A stretch of DNA of 43,525 nucleotides from Octopus bimaculoides. Its lineage: Eukaryota. Each line of letters starts with the position of its first letter. Position 1 is the stretch's first letter. The position numbers and the translations under genes are program-made. Where the stretch lies: NCBI RefSeq assembly GCF_001194135.2, contig NC_068983.1, positions 16,876,426-16,919,950 on the forward strand, written 5' to 3'. The notes below the pieces were generated by a model. That model did no database searches. It was not told the origin of the DNA and saw nothing but the letters and a program-made list of their open reading frames with translations. Below, piece by piece: positions 1-10,464 of this stretch.

Positions 1-267
1 AAAAGAAAAAAAATGTATGAAGTTAACAAAAACAGATAGTGTGTTATTTTTATTCCTTCTACCTATCTACGTTGTTTAGAAAAGAAAAAAGTAATTTAAA
101 AAAAATTATTTACTTTGTTTAAAAGAAATTATTTACTAATTTGCATGCGCACACATGTATTCATTTGCACGCGCGCTCGCGCGCACTTTTCGTAGGATCG
201 ACCACTCACGACTAGCTAGCGCGGACGCGCGACTGCGCGTTCGGGTCCGCTCTGCTTGAGTAGTACC
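1..267. mobile_element. Right end of a longer member of the GGTACTAC-terminus fold-back DNA transposon family (left part outside window)
   Basis: 193-267 matches the arm of the 1351-1533 element and ends GAGTAGTACC; tattcatttgcac core at about 158-170; no telomeric array; no left TIR in window. Confidence 0.75.
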
Positions 268-300
268 ATTTGGCTGCTATTTCTAACCATTTGATCGATG

Positions 301-425
301 ATTTAGACAGTGTCATGTGACAACTTGCTGTGGCTGCCTCCTGGACACTAGCAGCGGGAAATTTAGACAGTGTCACGTGACAACTTGCTGGGGCAGCCTG
401 CTGGAGCCTAGCAGCAGGTATAAAA
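301..425 (+). promoter_or_regulatory. Two 60-bp tandem units with M-box/CLEAR-type E-boxes followed by a TATA box
   Basis: 301-360 and 361-420 differ at about 8 positions; GTCATGTGAC at 312-321, GTCACGTGAC at 372-381; TATAAAA at 419-425. Function not shown. Confidence 0.45.
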
Positions 426-1350
426 AAGGGGAATTTGACAAGACAGTCAGTCGGATGCTGACACTCGTTGATGCTGCATCGAAGAGGCCAGGGAATAGAA
501 GAAAGAAGACATGCAGCCAACACTAGAGCTGAAGACACCTCCGAAAGTGGGGGCCCGCCACGTCAAAACGGTAGAGGAGTAGGGGCCGAAACCGGACGTG
601 GTTCCTCCTGATGATGTCTTGAGCTAACTGGATCCTATAAAGGAACTGTTGTGGTAGCAGACCACGAAACATAGTTGAAATTCCTGGATCGAATTTTGTA
701 TTTGGCACTCGTGTGAGTTTTTAACTTCTACAATGAAAAATGACAGATTTGTGAGACATTGTGAGAGAGAGGAAAATTAAATAGAAAGCTATAAAAAAAA
801 AAAATCGACATTGCACATTTACTTCCCTTTGTACGATATTGCAGTACTAATGGAAGTAAATCTGTAACGTTGGCTTCAGAAGTCTTTACGTTTACAAGGA
901 AAGGTAATTCACTTTGCAGTCCCAAATATCATGATCATTTGAAGTGTATGAATTAAAGATTTGCATTATTTCCCCAAGAACCCAAGTTCACTCATACTTT
1001 GCTTCAGACGGGTTTGTATCCCATTACTCCAATAATAATAAGTATGAAGCTGAAAGTGTATCCTTGGGTACTGGATTTGCAAAATTCTTATCAATGGTCC
1101 ATAGATGTCCCCTTTCTCTTCTAACCACATTGGTGTCTAGAGGACAGCTGATTTTCCACAATAAAATATCTTTTTCTTAAGGCTCCCCCTCACAACAATT
1201 GGTGGCTGTTTTAATGTCTAAGTTCCAGCAATATTCTTTTAACCCATCAGTCTCAACGTAGTTAATTTCGTCCAAAAAGTGTTTTCTTTTTTGTTATACT
1301 ATTCCAGGCTGTTCTGACCACCGCGTCGTGCCTCGTAGAAAGATAATATC

Positions 1351-1533
1351 GGTACTAATAAAGCAGCGCTTCCGCGCTAGCTAGTCGTGAGTGGTCGATC
1401 CTAACCCTAACCCTAACCCTAAACACGTATTCATTTGCACACGCGGGTTAGGGATAGGGTTAGGGTTAGGATCGACCACTCAAGACTAGCTAGCGCGACT
1501 GCGCGTTCGGGTCCGCGCTGCTTTAGTAGTACC
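1351..1533. mobile_element. 183-bp fold-back MITE, Mutator-like, with internal telomeric repeats
   Basis: TIR GGTACTA(A/C)TAAAGCAGCGC at both ends; exact 9-bp TSD GATAATATC at 1342-1350 and 1534-1542; (CCCTAA)n in left arm, (TTAGGG)n in right arm. Confidence 0.9.
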
Positions 1534-1892
1534 GATAATATCTGGAAGATATTTTCTCACAGCTGGCAAGAACGTGGTCGATGTCTTCAGTCTTGGCCTT
1601 GTACAGCCCACATGTGGGCGTTCGCGCGCGTATGTATGTATGTTAGGAAATGTCTTGAAGGATTTATTCTAGTCAGCTTGGGCGATGCACTGCCAGAAAC
1701 ATTAGAGAGTTGGATAGGATGCTATACAAGATATGTTACAGCTCTTTGTTTTCTGGGTTCAAATTCCACCATGGCCTAACTTAAATAGGCGATTTAATCA
1801 AGATTCCACTCTGTTACAAGCATTCAGACCAGGTTTCTAGTTTTCAAATAACAATGTGACAGTCAACCCATTCAATTTTCCCCTAAAGCAGA

Positions 1893-2270
1893 GCAGGCAT
1901 GGCTGTGTGGTAAGAAGTTACCTTCCCAACCACATGGTTCTAGGTTCAGTTCCACTGCAAGGCACCTTGGGTAAGAACCTTCTTATTTCTTTATTGCCCA
2001 CAAGGGGCTAAACATAGAGGAGACAAACAAGGAGAGACAAAACTGGTACTTATTTAATCGACCCCGAAAGAATGAAAGGCAACGTCGACCTCGGCGGAAT
2101 TTGAACTCAGAACGTAACGGCAGACAAAATACCGCTAAGCATTTCGGCCGGCGTGCTAACGTTTCTGCCAGCTCGCCGCCTTGGGTAAGAATCTTCTATA
2201 ATAGCCTCGTGCCAACCAGAGCATTATAAGTGAATTTGGTCGATTGGAGCTGAAAGAAACCTATCGAATG
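1893..2270 (+). mobile_element. tRNA-derived SINE (family 'ggctgtgtggtaagaag...') interrupted by a younger SINE
   Basis: Head gcaggcatggctgtgtggtaagaag...ggttcagttccac (A/B-box-like); body resumes after 2197; homologous to 4588-4712, 20960-21105 and 23122-23275. Confidence 0.8.
1984..2182 (-). mobile_element. SINE (family 'ggcgagctggcagaa...gagttcaaattcc') nested in the preceding SINE
   Basis: Homologous to many copies in the window; flanked by near-identical ccttgggtaagaa(c/t)cttct at 1965-1983 and 2179-2197. Confidence 0.85.
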
Positions 2271-3375
2271 TGTGAGTGGGTGCACAGATGTAATTAATAC
2301 CATTTCTGGAAGCAACGCTAAGGAAGACAGGCTTTGTGAAATAAATTATTTCCCTTCAATACACACATATGCGCGCACAGCTCGAAATAATGTGCAGCCA
2401 AGGGAAGTAAATTAGTAATGTTTTTAACTATAGATGACAAAAGCAATTTCGATTCACTTTTTTAAAAATATTTTTCACTTCAAAATTGATAAAAATTGAC
2501 ATGTTGCCATAAATTAAAATTGAACCAAACAAATTGAAAGCTGAAACTAGAATTTAAAAATTCATATTTATTTATTCAGGTCAGTTATCGGTTGTGTATT
2601 CTAAACTATGAATACTATATATATAGATTAATGTGGTAGCAAAGTAGGTAATAAAAGGGAGAATGATTTAGTGATTCTGTGTGAAATAATCTGGAAATTG
2701 ATTGATAGCTGTTGTAGCAATGGCAACAACAAATTCAAATAAACAATTTTGAGGCATATCAAGTATTTTTACACCAAGTACACTGAACTTCTGGGAACAT
2801 AATGTACTTTTTACCGTGTGTACCATATGGCAATCAGTGTGATGTCATATCCACCTTGCTACAGTAGGTCCATCATAGGTTATAGCAATCCTGTCTGAGT
2901 CATTAATCTCACAACAACAAACTATTAAAAGCATCAAATAGTGCACTTTACATCATCAAAACCTGCACAGATCACCTACATAAGGAAACAAAAGTACTTA
3001 AAATTAGTGACCTTCCAGACATGCAAGGTGTATGTTTTGTTATACACTAAACCCTGATCCTCACAGTTCCTGTCATGATACAGGAGCAATTACTCAAACA
3101 TATTTACAATCTATGTATCTACTGTGGACATTTTGTTGTGTGGTTTCTTATTCATGTAAGGAATATTAGCTGCAAAAATTTAGGCTCATAGTCAGAGAGA
3201 GATTTATAGTCTGACTGTTTCATGAACCCATGAACAATTAAGCAGCATCCTTTAAAAATCATTTGGAACTAAGAGAGATGGTTATTTTAATCTTAATATC
3301 TTTATTTCACTGTTCAGACAATTTATGGCTGTAAGATATGTAGGTTGTGTTAGTTGGAAACGTGGACTTAATAGT

Positions 3376-3729
3376 TGTTAGCACTCCGTCGCTTACGACG
3401 TCGAGGGTTCCAGTTGATCCGATCAACGGAACAGCCTGCTCGTGAAATTAACGTGCAAGTGGCTGAGCACTCCACAGACACATATACCCTTAACGTAGTT
3501 CTCGGGGATATTCAGCGTGACACAGAGTGTGACATGGCTGACCCTTTGAAGTACAGGCACAACAGAAACAGGAAGAAAGAGTGAGAGAAAGTTGTGGTGA
3601 AAGAGTACAGCAAGGTTCGGAACCTTGTGGAACTTTAGGTATTTTCGCTCAATAAACACTCACAACGCCCGGTCTGGGAATCGAAACCGCGAGTCCGCTG
3701 CCCTAACCACTCGGCCATTGCGCCTCCCT
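3376..3729 (-). mobile_element. Full-length tRNA-headed SINE
   Basis: On - strand begins ggaggcgcaatggccgagtggttaggg (A box) then ggtttcgattccc (B box); (aac)-type tail; 10-bp TSD ACTTAATAGT at 3366-3375 and 3730-3739. Confidence 0.85.
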
Positions 3730-4216
3730 ACTTAATAGTACATTTATATATAATATGTATAGTTGGATGAGATTTTGTAAGGTGTACGTATCACCTTCCA
3801 CTCTTGATATATTGATAAGTTGTAACATAACAGAGGTTATGGAAACTAATGTGGAAGCATTAAGTAATCACTCAACTTGTTGAGTGTAGCAACCAAAATC
3901 ACTCAAACATTGCCTGAATCCATTCAAAAATTACTTCCTTCCTTCATCAAAATGTAAAGCACAAGTTTACAGACTGGGACACTCACATCTAATTTGGTGG
4001 TTAATGTGAAGTTCCAGGGCCAAATCTTATGACCAGGAAAAGGAAGGAAGCAATCATTATCATCATCACTAACACCAATTTTGTAAACTGGACAATTCAG
4101 TGTTGTTTATTTCTTGGTATTTGTCTCAGCTTTCTTATGTCATGGGTAACCATCTTACATCATTCCTGCACTTCTCCCTTGATGATGTTTTAATATATTT
4201 TCTCTTACTTTTCCAG

Positions 4217-4328
4217 GTGAATTGAAGGATCCGAGCCGGTCTATTCCAAATGGGACATTAGCAGCCATGGCATACACCTTTATAACATACATCATACTTT
4301 CTTTTCTTATTGCTGCATCTTGTGACAG
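4217..4328 (+). CDS. SLC12A9: SLC12A9-like cation-chloride cotransporter, internal exon ([38 protein letters not shown])
   Basis: Manual translation; ttttccag acceptor, AG|gtttgt donor; 112 nt, phase 1 to 2; matches the SLC12 GELKDP..IP.GT motif; joins next exon in frame. Not in the supplied ORF track. Confidence 0.93.
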
Positions 4329-4587
4329 GTTTGTGTGTTTCATCTCTTACTAGGTGACATAGTCGTGCGTCTCTTGCTACAACAGACTTACGAAACATTT
4401 GCATGTCTTACTGTGACAGTTACCTGTTTGTATGAATATAATGTGTGTGTGCATGTGTATGTAGATAGATAGGCAAGAAAACATTACCTCACATGGAAAC
4501 AGGTGAGGGTTGACAACAGGAAGGGCATCCAGCTGTAGAAAACCTGCCACTCTGATAGTGCTGCACATATGTATATACATTTTTGTA

Positions 4588-4712
4588 GGTGCAGGCATTG
4601 CTGTGTGGGTAAGAAATTTGCTTCCCAAAACCACATGATTTCGGGTTTAGTCCCACTGCACAGCACCTTAGGCAAGTGTCTTCTAGGCCAACCAAAGCCT
4701 TGTGAATGAATT
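4588..4712 (+). mobile_element. SINE fragment (ggctgtgtggtaagaag family)
   Basis: Homology to 1893-2270 and 23122-23275. Confidence 0.7.
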
Positions 4713-4840
4713 TATATATATACTCACTATTTATGAGAAAAATTCTTTACTAGTCTATATTATCATTACTGTGTGATGAATGGTAATATGAAACTCTGAG
4801 TAACAGTTTGTGAAATATTTTGGCTTTAATAAAATAGTGT

Positions 4841-4847
<7 letters not shown>

Positions 4848-4905
<58 letters not shown>
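4848..4905. repeat. (TA)n(CA)n compound microsatellite (one of many)
   Basis: Direct; similar tracts near 10120, 11960, 17630, 21130, 23275, 27240, 32530, 38625, 39350, 40000, 41115, 42355, 42760 and 43480. Confidence 0.98.
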
Positions 4906-5102
4906 TACACCAGTGCTGGTTCCACATAAAAAGCAAGCACCCATTACACTCTGTGGAGTGGTTGGTATTAGAAAGAGCTTCCAGCTATAGAAACCATGCC
5001 AGAGCAGAAAATGGAGTTTGGTACAATCCCTGACCTTACCAGCTTCGTTCAGACTGTCCAACCCATGCTAGCATGGAAAATGGACTTTAAATGATGATGA
5101 TG
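4905..5102 (+). mobile_element. Retroposon 3' end (family ending ...aacccatgctagcatggaaa...(gat)n)
   Basis: Homology to 7505-7961, 14468-14760 and 24270-24541; (gat)n tail. Confidence 0.75.
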
Positions 5103-5255
5103 ACATACATGTTGTTTTATATCAAATGTAGAAAAAAGAATGCTTAATGTGTGTTGTAGAGGATATGAGCATGTTTTTTTTTTTTTGAAACCGTGACTCA
5201 AAGTGTCTTGTGATTCAAGTTTCATGCCAGTACATTTATTTATCTGTCTTTCCAG

Positions 5256-5413
5256 ATTCCTGCTTGTGAATGACTATGTGTTCCTTCAAGATATAAACAT
5301 ATGGAAGCCATTTGTTGTGATAGGAATATTTGCCGTAACATTTTCATCAGCGCTTGGAAATCTAATTGGTGGTTCCCGTGTCTTAGAAAGATTAGCTAAT
5401 GATCATCTGTTCT
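5256..5413 (+). CDS. SLC12A9: SLC12A9-like internal exon (FLLVNDYVFLQDINIWKPFVVIGIFAVTFSSALGNLIGGSRVLERLANDHLF)
   Basis: ctttccag acceptor, T|gtaagt donor; 158 nt, phase 2 to 1; SLC12 'LIG.SR.L..LA.D.LF' motif; inside ORF 5203-5490. Confidence 0.95.
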
Positions 5414-6039
5414 GTAAGTTATTCAGTTTGTTTCCTTCTCTTTTGTTTTCTTTTTCATTTTTAATTATTTATAATCTCAACATCAGCTAATTGCTAAATA
5501 TTACTTTTTACTCTTTTAATTTATTACTTGAAACAATCCTCATCAGTGTTAGAAGCATTTGATGAATTAAGATTGATTGTGGTGGTTTGAGTTTGAGGAT
5601 TACATTGTGTGATGTCTGTTTTGGTACCTTTCCCAACTCCAGCCAGTTTACAGTGTGTATTGGGAGCTTTTTTCATGGCACCAATACTTGTGAGATTGCA
5701 ACACACCTTGCAGCATTAAGATTCCCCTTTTCCGAATTAAAGGGGCTATAGTAAAGAGAGAGGCAGTTTTATGCTAGGAGATGAAGAGGTTGAAGTATGA
5801 GAGAAGGGGCCAGAGCAGAACAAATTTCTAGTTGTAGAAGAGCTACATGGCTTATCATATTTAAGAAGAGAGGGTGGGAGTGACTGCGGCAGAGCTGGAA
5901 AGAGATATGAATGGTAGTGATGAGGTGTCGGGGTGGACCCTCAATGTATGAGGTGAGTAGAAGTGAGTTGGGATAGGAGAACAGGGAGTGCGAGTGGGTA
6001 GAGGTTGCAAGAGTGTATGGTAAAGGTAAAGGTAAACTT

Positions 6040-6238
6040 ACCATCTCAAGTCATACCGACTCATAAGGGTCAGTTTTTCGGTTTCATGGTGTATATATTC
6101 CCTGCCTGGACAGGACACCAGGATTACTCATTTTTGCCAGCTGAGTGGACTGGAGCAACATGAAATGGAGTGTTTTGCTCAAGAACGCAATGCGTCACCC
6201 GAGTCCAACACCCTAACCACTAAGCCATGTGCCTCCAC
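6040..6238 (-). mobile_element. tRNA-headed SINE, degenerate
   Basis: - strand head gtggaggcacatggcttagtggttaggg; central cagctgagtggactggagcaac block. Confidence 0.6.
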
Positions 6239-6353
6239 ATAAGAGTGTATGAGAGAGTGCGTGATGGTTATAGATGGGAAACGGGTGAATGGAGTGAGAA
6301 TGATGAATGTAGAACATGTTTTTAAATGATTTTTTTTTTGTGTTATTTTACAG

Positions 6354-6436
6354 GGTTTGTTTTGAGCCCAGCTACAATTACATCACGTAATGGAAACCCT
6401 TTTGTTGCTGTCCTCATCACTTGGCTCTTTGCTCAG
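6354..6436 (+). CDS. SLC12A9: SLC12A9-like internal exon (WFVLSPATITSRNGNPFVAVLITWLFAQ)
   Basis: ttttacag acceptor, CAG|gtacaa donor; 83 nt, phase 1 to 0; resembles the GNP..AVL.TW segment of SLC12A9. Confidence 0.9.
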
Positions 6437-6762
6437 GTACAAAACATTTGTCGCTCATAACATTTTCTCTCCTAGTCTAAGCCATATACATCATAAAGCA
6501 TCAAAGACACTGCTACTCTGATTGACTGTATATATCTTGAAAAACTCCACCAATTTTAATTCTTTGGATACTGACCCACCAGAGACTGCCCCTGGTTCTA
6601 CAATACAATCATACTGTCTTAAAATAATCTAAATTAAAACTTTCCATCATAATTTTATGTTAATAATGACAAAGTTATTTTTGTCAAATTATCAAATTTT
6701 TTCAAATTTAATTTAAACAGAGGCAGTGTATTTCAACAGAAATATCATTACTGAAGAATTAA

Positions 6763-6983
6763 CCCTTTAACATACAAATGACTCTTTCAAATGTAATGCA
6801 TATTTATTCACATCACTTTGAATTGATCATGCATTATCTTGTAGATTCAAGATTCTGATGATATGATTCTTTATTTTTAGAATGACCATGTTGAGTAGGT
6901 GTGAGGGGCCAGATCTGGCCAGTTCAAACATAAAACAGGTAGAATATTTGGGGCCAGATATAGTCAGTACAAATGCTAAAGGA
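6763..6983. mobile_element. piggyBac-type MITE
   Basis: TTAA|CCCTTT ... AAAGGA|TTAA; homologous to 12926-13147. Confidence 0.75.
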
Positions 6984-7060
6984 TTAAACAGTTTAATACT
7001 GATGTGATTTTTTTTCCTAAAACACTGAATTACAACTTTTATTTTTCTCATTCTTTTCAG

Positions 7061-7185
7061 CTTGTTCTCCTTATTGGTTCCCTCAATGCCATTGCCCCTT
7101 TTACCTCAGTCTGCTTCTTGCTGTCCTATGCCTCTACCAATCTTGCTTGCCTTGGTCTTGAAGTAGCTTCTGCTCCAAATTTCAG
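7061..7185 (+). CDS. SLC12A9: SLC12A9-like internal exon ([42 protein letters not shown])
   Basis: ttcttttcag acceptor, AG|gtaaac donor; 125 nt, phase 0 to 2; ends in the ASAPNFR motif; inside ORF 7004-7189. Confidence 0.95.
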
Positions 7186-7504
7186 GTAAACTTTCACTTT
7201 AAAACAAATTTTCTTTCATATTTATATTTGATGTTTTCTCTAATTTTATGTTTCACAGTGCATCGTTTGAGATTATGGGACTGAGTTTCATGGTACACTG
7301 TGAGATTGTGGGACTGATTTTCAAAGCCTGACTTTTGACAAGTTCTTTAAGATATTTTTGAAAAATCAAAATAAAACAAAAATAAACCTTTTTAATGCCA
7401 AAATAAATTAAATACTAAACTGACTCCAGTACAGATGAAGAGTCAAATAGAGTCTTAGTTCATGAAAAAGTTTTTTTTTTAAATGGTGAAATATATTTCT
7501 CTGT

Positions 7505-7961
7505 ATGACTGGCACCCGTGCCAGTGGAGTGCTAAGAGCACCATCCGAGCATGATTGCTGCCAGAGCAGCTGACTGGCTTCCGTGCTGGTGGCACATAAA
7601 AAGCACCATTCGAACATGATCGTTACCAGCATCACCTTACTAGCACTTGTGCCAGTGGCACGTGAAAAAACATTCGAGCAAAGTCTTTGCCAGTGCCACT
7701 GGACTGGCTCCTGTACAGGCGGCACGTAAAAAACACCACTTGAGCGTGGCTGTTGCCAGTACTGCCTGACTGGCCCTCATGCCGGTGGCACGTAAAAGCA
7801 CTCACTACACTCTCGGAGTGGTTGGTGTTAGGAAGGGCATCCAGCTGTAGAAACTCTACCAAATCAGATTGGAGCCTGGTGCAGCCATCTGGTTCGCCAG
7901 TCCTCAGTCAAATTGTCCAACCCATACTAGCATGGAAAGCGGACGTTAAACGATGATGATG
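7505..7961 (+). mobile_element. Non-autonomous retroposon with internal 'ggcacgtaaaaagcac' repeats and (gat)n tail
   Basis: 3' 200 bp near-identical to 14468-14760 and 24270-24541. Confidence 0.85.
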
Positions 7962-7964
7962 TAT

Positions 7965-8260
7965 GATGGCCTCTCCTATCGTAAGCAACAGATGATAGTT
8001 CTGCAATTTCTTGCTGAACAACCTGCACAAATGATTTGTTTATTGTGATCAAATGTTTGTGCTGTACATTAGCTCACTTCCCTCTATCAAATCAGCATTG
8101 CCTGTAAAAGTGTATGGTGTACCACATATCAGATGTCAAAGTGATTGTAGAGCAACATGAAATTATGTGTTTTGCTCAAAAACACAACACACCACTCAGT
8201 CCAGTAATTGAAACCACAATCTCACACTCATGAGATCCCTAAACACTAGGCTATGCTCCT
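7965..8260 (-). mobile_element. tRNA-headed SINE, degenerate (family of 15222-15511)
   Basis: Reverse-complement similarity to 15222-15511 (ttgagcaaaacac, tttgatcac blocks). Confidence 0.55.
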
Positions 8261-8625
8261 TCATTCTTCTATAGTGTAATACCATTTACACCCAGAATGT
8301 ATTATAGGAATATAAAGCAACCTAGTTTATCAATTTTAGAAGAATGAAAGGTAAAATTGACCTCAGCAGGATTTGAATTCAGAATGTAAGGAGTCATGAA
8401 AAACTGCATAGCATGTTTACCAAGAATTATAATTTTGTCTATTTACTGCATCAACATCCTCTTCATCAGTTCTTCTGTTAATTCCAATGGTTGCTAGATC
8501 ACTCTATTTAGGGCATAAGATCTATTCTAGTTCTTATGAATAGTTGAGCTGAATAATGTTGAAGTATATTTGAAACTAAAATGTTTTAAATTGTATAAAA
8601 TTGTTTTTTTTTTCTTTTATTGTAG

Positions 8626-9973
8626 GCCTACTTTCAAATATTTCTCCTGGCATACATCGCTCCTGGGGCTCATTGGTTGTATCATTATGTCTTTTTATGT
8701 AAGCCCACTCTATGCATCAATCTCTGTGATAGTATTGCTCCTGCTTGTCATTCTGCTGCATATCCGTTCGCTGCCTTCATCTTGGGGTTCCATTAGCCAA
8801 GCATTGATCTTCCATCAAGTTCGAAAATATCTCTTAATGTTAGACACTCGCAAAGATCACGTGAAGTACTGGCGTCCACAGATTCTTCTCATGGTGGCTC
8901 ACCCATGTCAGTCCTGTGAACTCATGGACTTTATAAATGATCTGAAGAAAGGTGGGCTTTATATTATTGGCCACGTCAAAATAGGTACTTTGAACAAACA
9001 TTTGTCTGATCCCATCCAAGATGACTATTCCAAATGGCTAAGCTTAATCGACTATCTCAAAATTAAAGCTTTCCCTGAAGTTACCATGGCATCTAGTGTC
9101 TCCGAAGGTTTGATTCATCTTGCTAGAATTTCAGGTCTTGGGGGAATGAAACCAAATACAGTGTGTTTTGGATTTTATGATGATGCAACTCCTGTTGATA
9201 GTTTCATGAAAACTAGAATTCGTCATGGAACTGTTGTTAACTCAGTCGAAGATGGATCTTCTGAAAATATTAGTGAGCGTTTTGGTGCAGTTCGGTCGGA
9301 CAAAGACCCTCATAGTGTACAATCTTCTGAAGAGTTTGTTGGATTCATACGAGATTGTTTGAAAATGCAGAAAAACGTTTGTATTTGTCGCCATTTCAAT
9401 CAGCTTGACAAAAATTCCATTCTGTCTTCAAAATCTGAGCATTTCATTGATGTCTGGCCATTGAACTTTTTCCAACCAGAAACTTCAAATTACTTTGACG
9501 TAACTTGTCTTTATATGCTTCAGCTGGCTTGTATTCTGCATATGGTTCCCAAATGGAAAAAGCATACCACTCTAAGAGTGTTTCTCTGTGTTGACACTGT
9601 AAACGACAATACTTTGCAGAAAGAGAAAAAATTGGATGATTTCTTACGACAACTTCGTATCTTGGCTCGGATCAAAATAGTTCCATGGGATCAGATTCTG
9701 ACATACTACCGTGCCAATGAGGACCAACATGAATCTTCTGAAGAAATGATGCAGAAGTTCTATTCTCTAGGTGATTCTACTCTGAAGATGATTAACCAAT
9801 TAATTGTGGACCATTCTCGTGCCACAGCAATCAGCTTTATATATCTACCACTTGCACCCAGTGACATCTCAAAGTATGAGAAATATTTACACCAACTTAC
9901 TGTATTGTCAAACAGCCTTCCTCCAACTATGTTCGTGCATGGACTCCACCCTGTTACATCAACCACTCTGTAA
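8626..9973 (+). CDS. SLC12A9: SLC12A9-like terminal coding exon (PTFKYFSW...QVRKYLLMLDTRKDHVKYWRPQILL...GLGGMKPNT...PTMFVHGLHPVTSTTL-stop)
   Basis: Long T tract plus tgtag acceptor; phase 2 completes R of NFR-PTF; 448 codons then TAA; contains the last TM helices and the cytosolic domain with VKYWRPQILL and LGGMKPNT motifs; C-terminus HG..PVT.T.L is SLC12A9-type. Confidence 0.96.
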
Positions 9974-10147
9974 TCTTATGACAATGCTAATTAACAATGC
10001 TAATTACTAAAGTCTTGTTTTGTATCTCAGTGATATCCAAAAACCAATGGAACAACTATGACCATCAAAACATTCTCTAAAAATATGTGAATGCATCTGT
10101 GTCTGCATGTATGTGTGTTTGTATATATATATATATATATACACACA

Positions 10148-10194
<47 letters not shown>

Positions 10195-10464
10195 GAATGT
10201 ATAAATATATGTGTGTCCTTGTGTTTATGTTTCTTTGTAGTTATATGTTTATGTTTATATGTGTGTTTGTATAGTGTTGTTTACATTTTTTTTTACTTAA
10301 TATAACCTCCCGGTAGATCAAGCCCATAACCTAGTATCAATTCCTGGTTGTGACCATTTTTTTGTTATACATTACAAATACTCTTAAAAGAAAATCATGA
10401 CTGTCACGCAATCTCATCTTCCCTTCCCCCATAAATCTGAGCCCTTGTGCCTAGGTAAGGAATT

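Noticed and set aside
800-1250. Minus-strand frame with long stop-free stretches (DGLKEYCWNLDIK...WTIDKNFANPVP...)
   Set aside because: Several stops and no recognisable motif; may be a decayed transposase but cannot be supported without a search.
1400-1470. True telomere or chromosome-fusion site
   Set aside because: The arrays are short, enclosed by TIRs and a TSD, and in chromosome-end polarity rather than head-to-head fusion polarity.
3318-3335. Possible SLC12A9 micro-exon AC AAT TTA TGG CT (DNLW) after an acceptor-like ttcag
   Set aside because: It needs a following exon with the GIMAGANMS motif in a matching phase before 4217, and none was found. Upstream exons are probably outside the window.
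3670-3729. tRNA-like A/B boxes here and at other SINE heads
   Set aside because: No complete cloverleaf; continuous with SINE bodies, so not tRNA genes.
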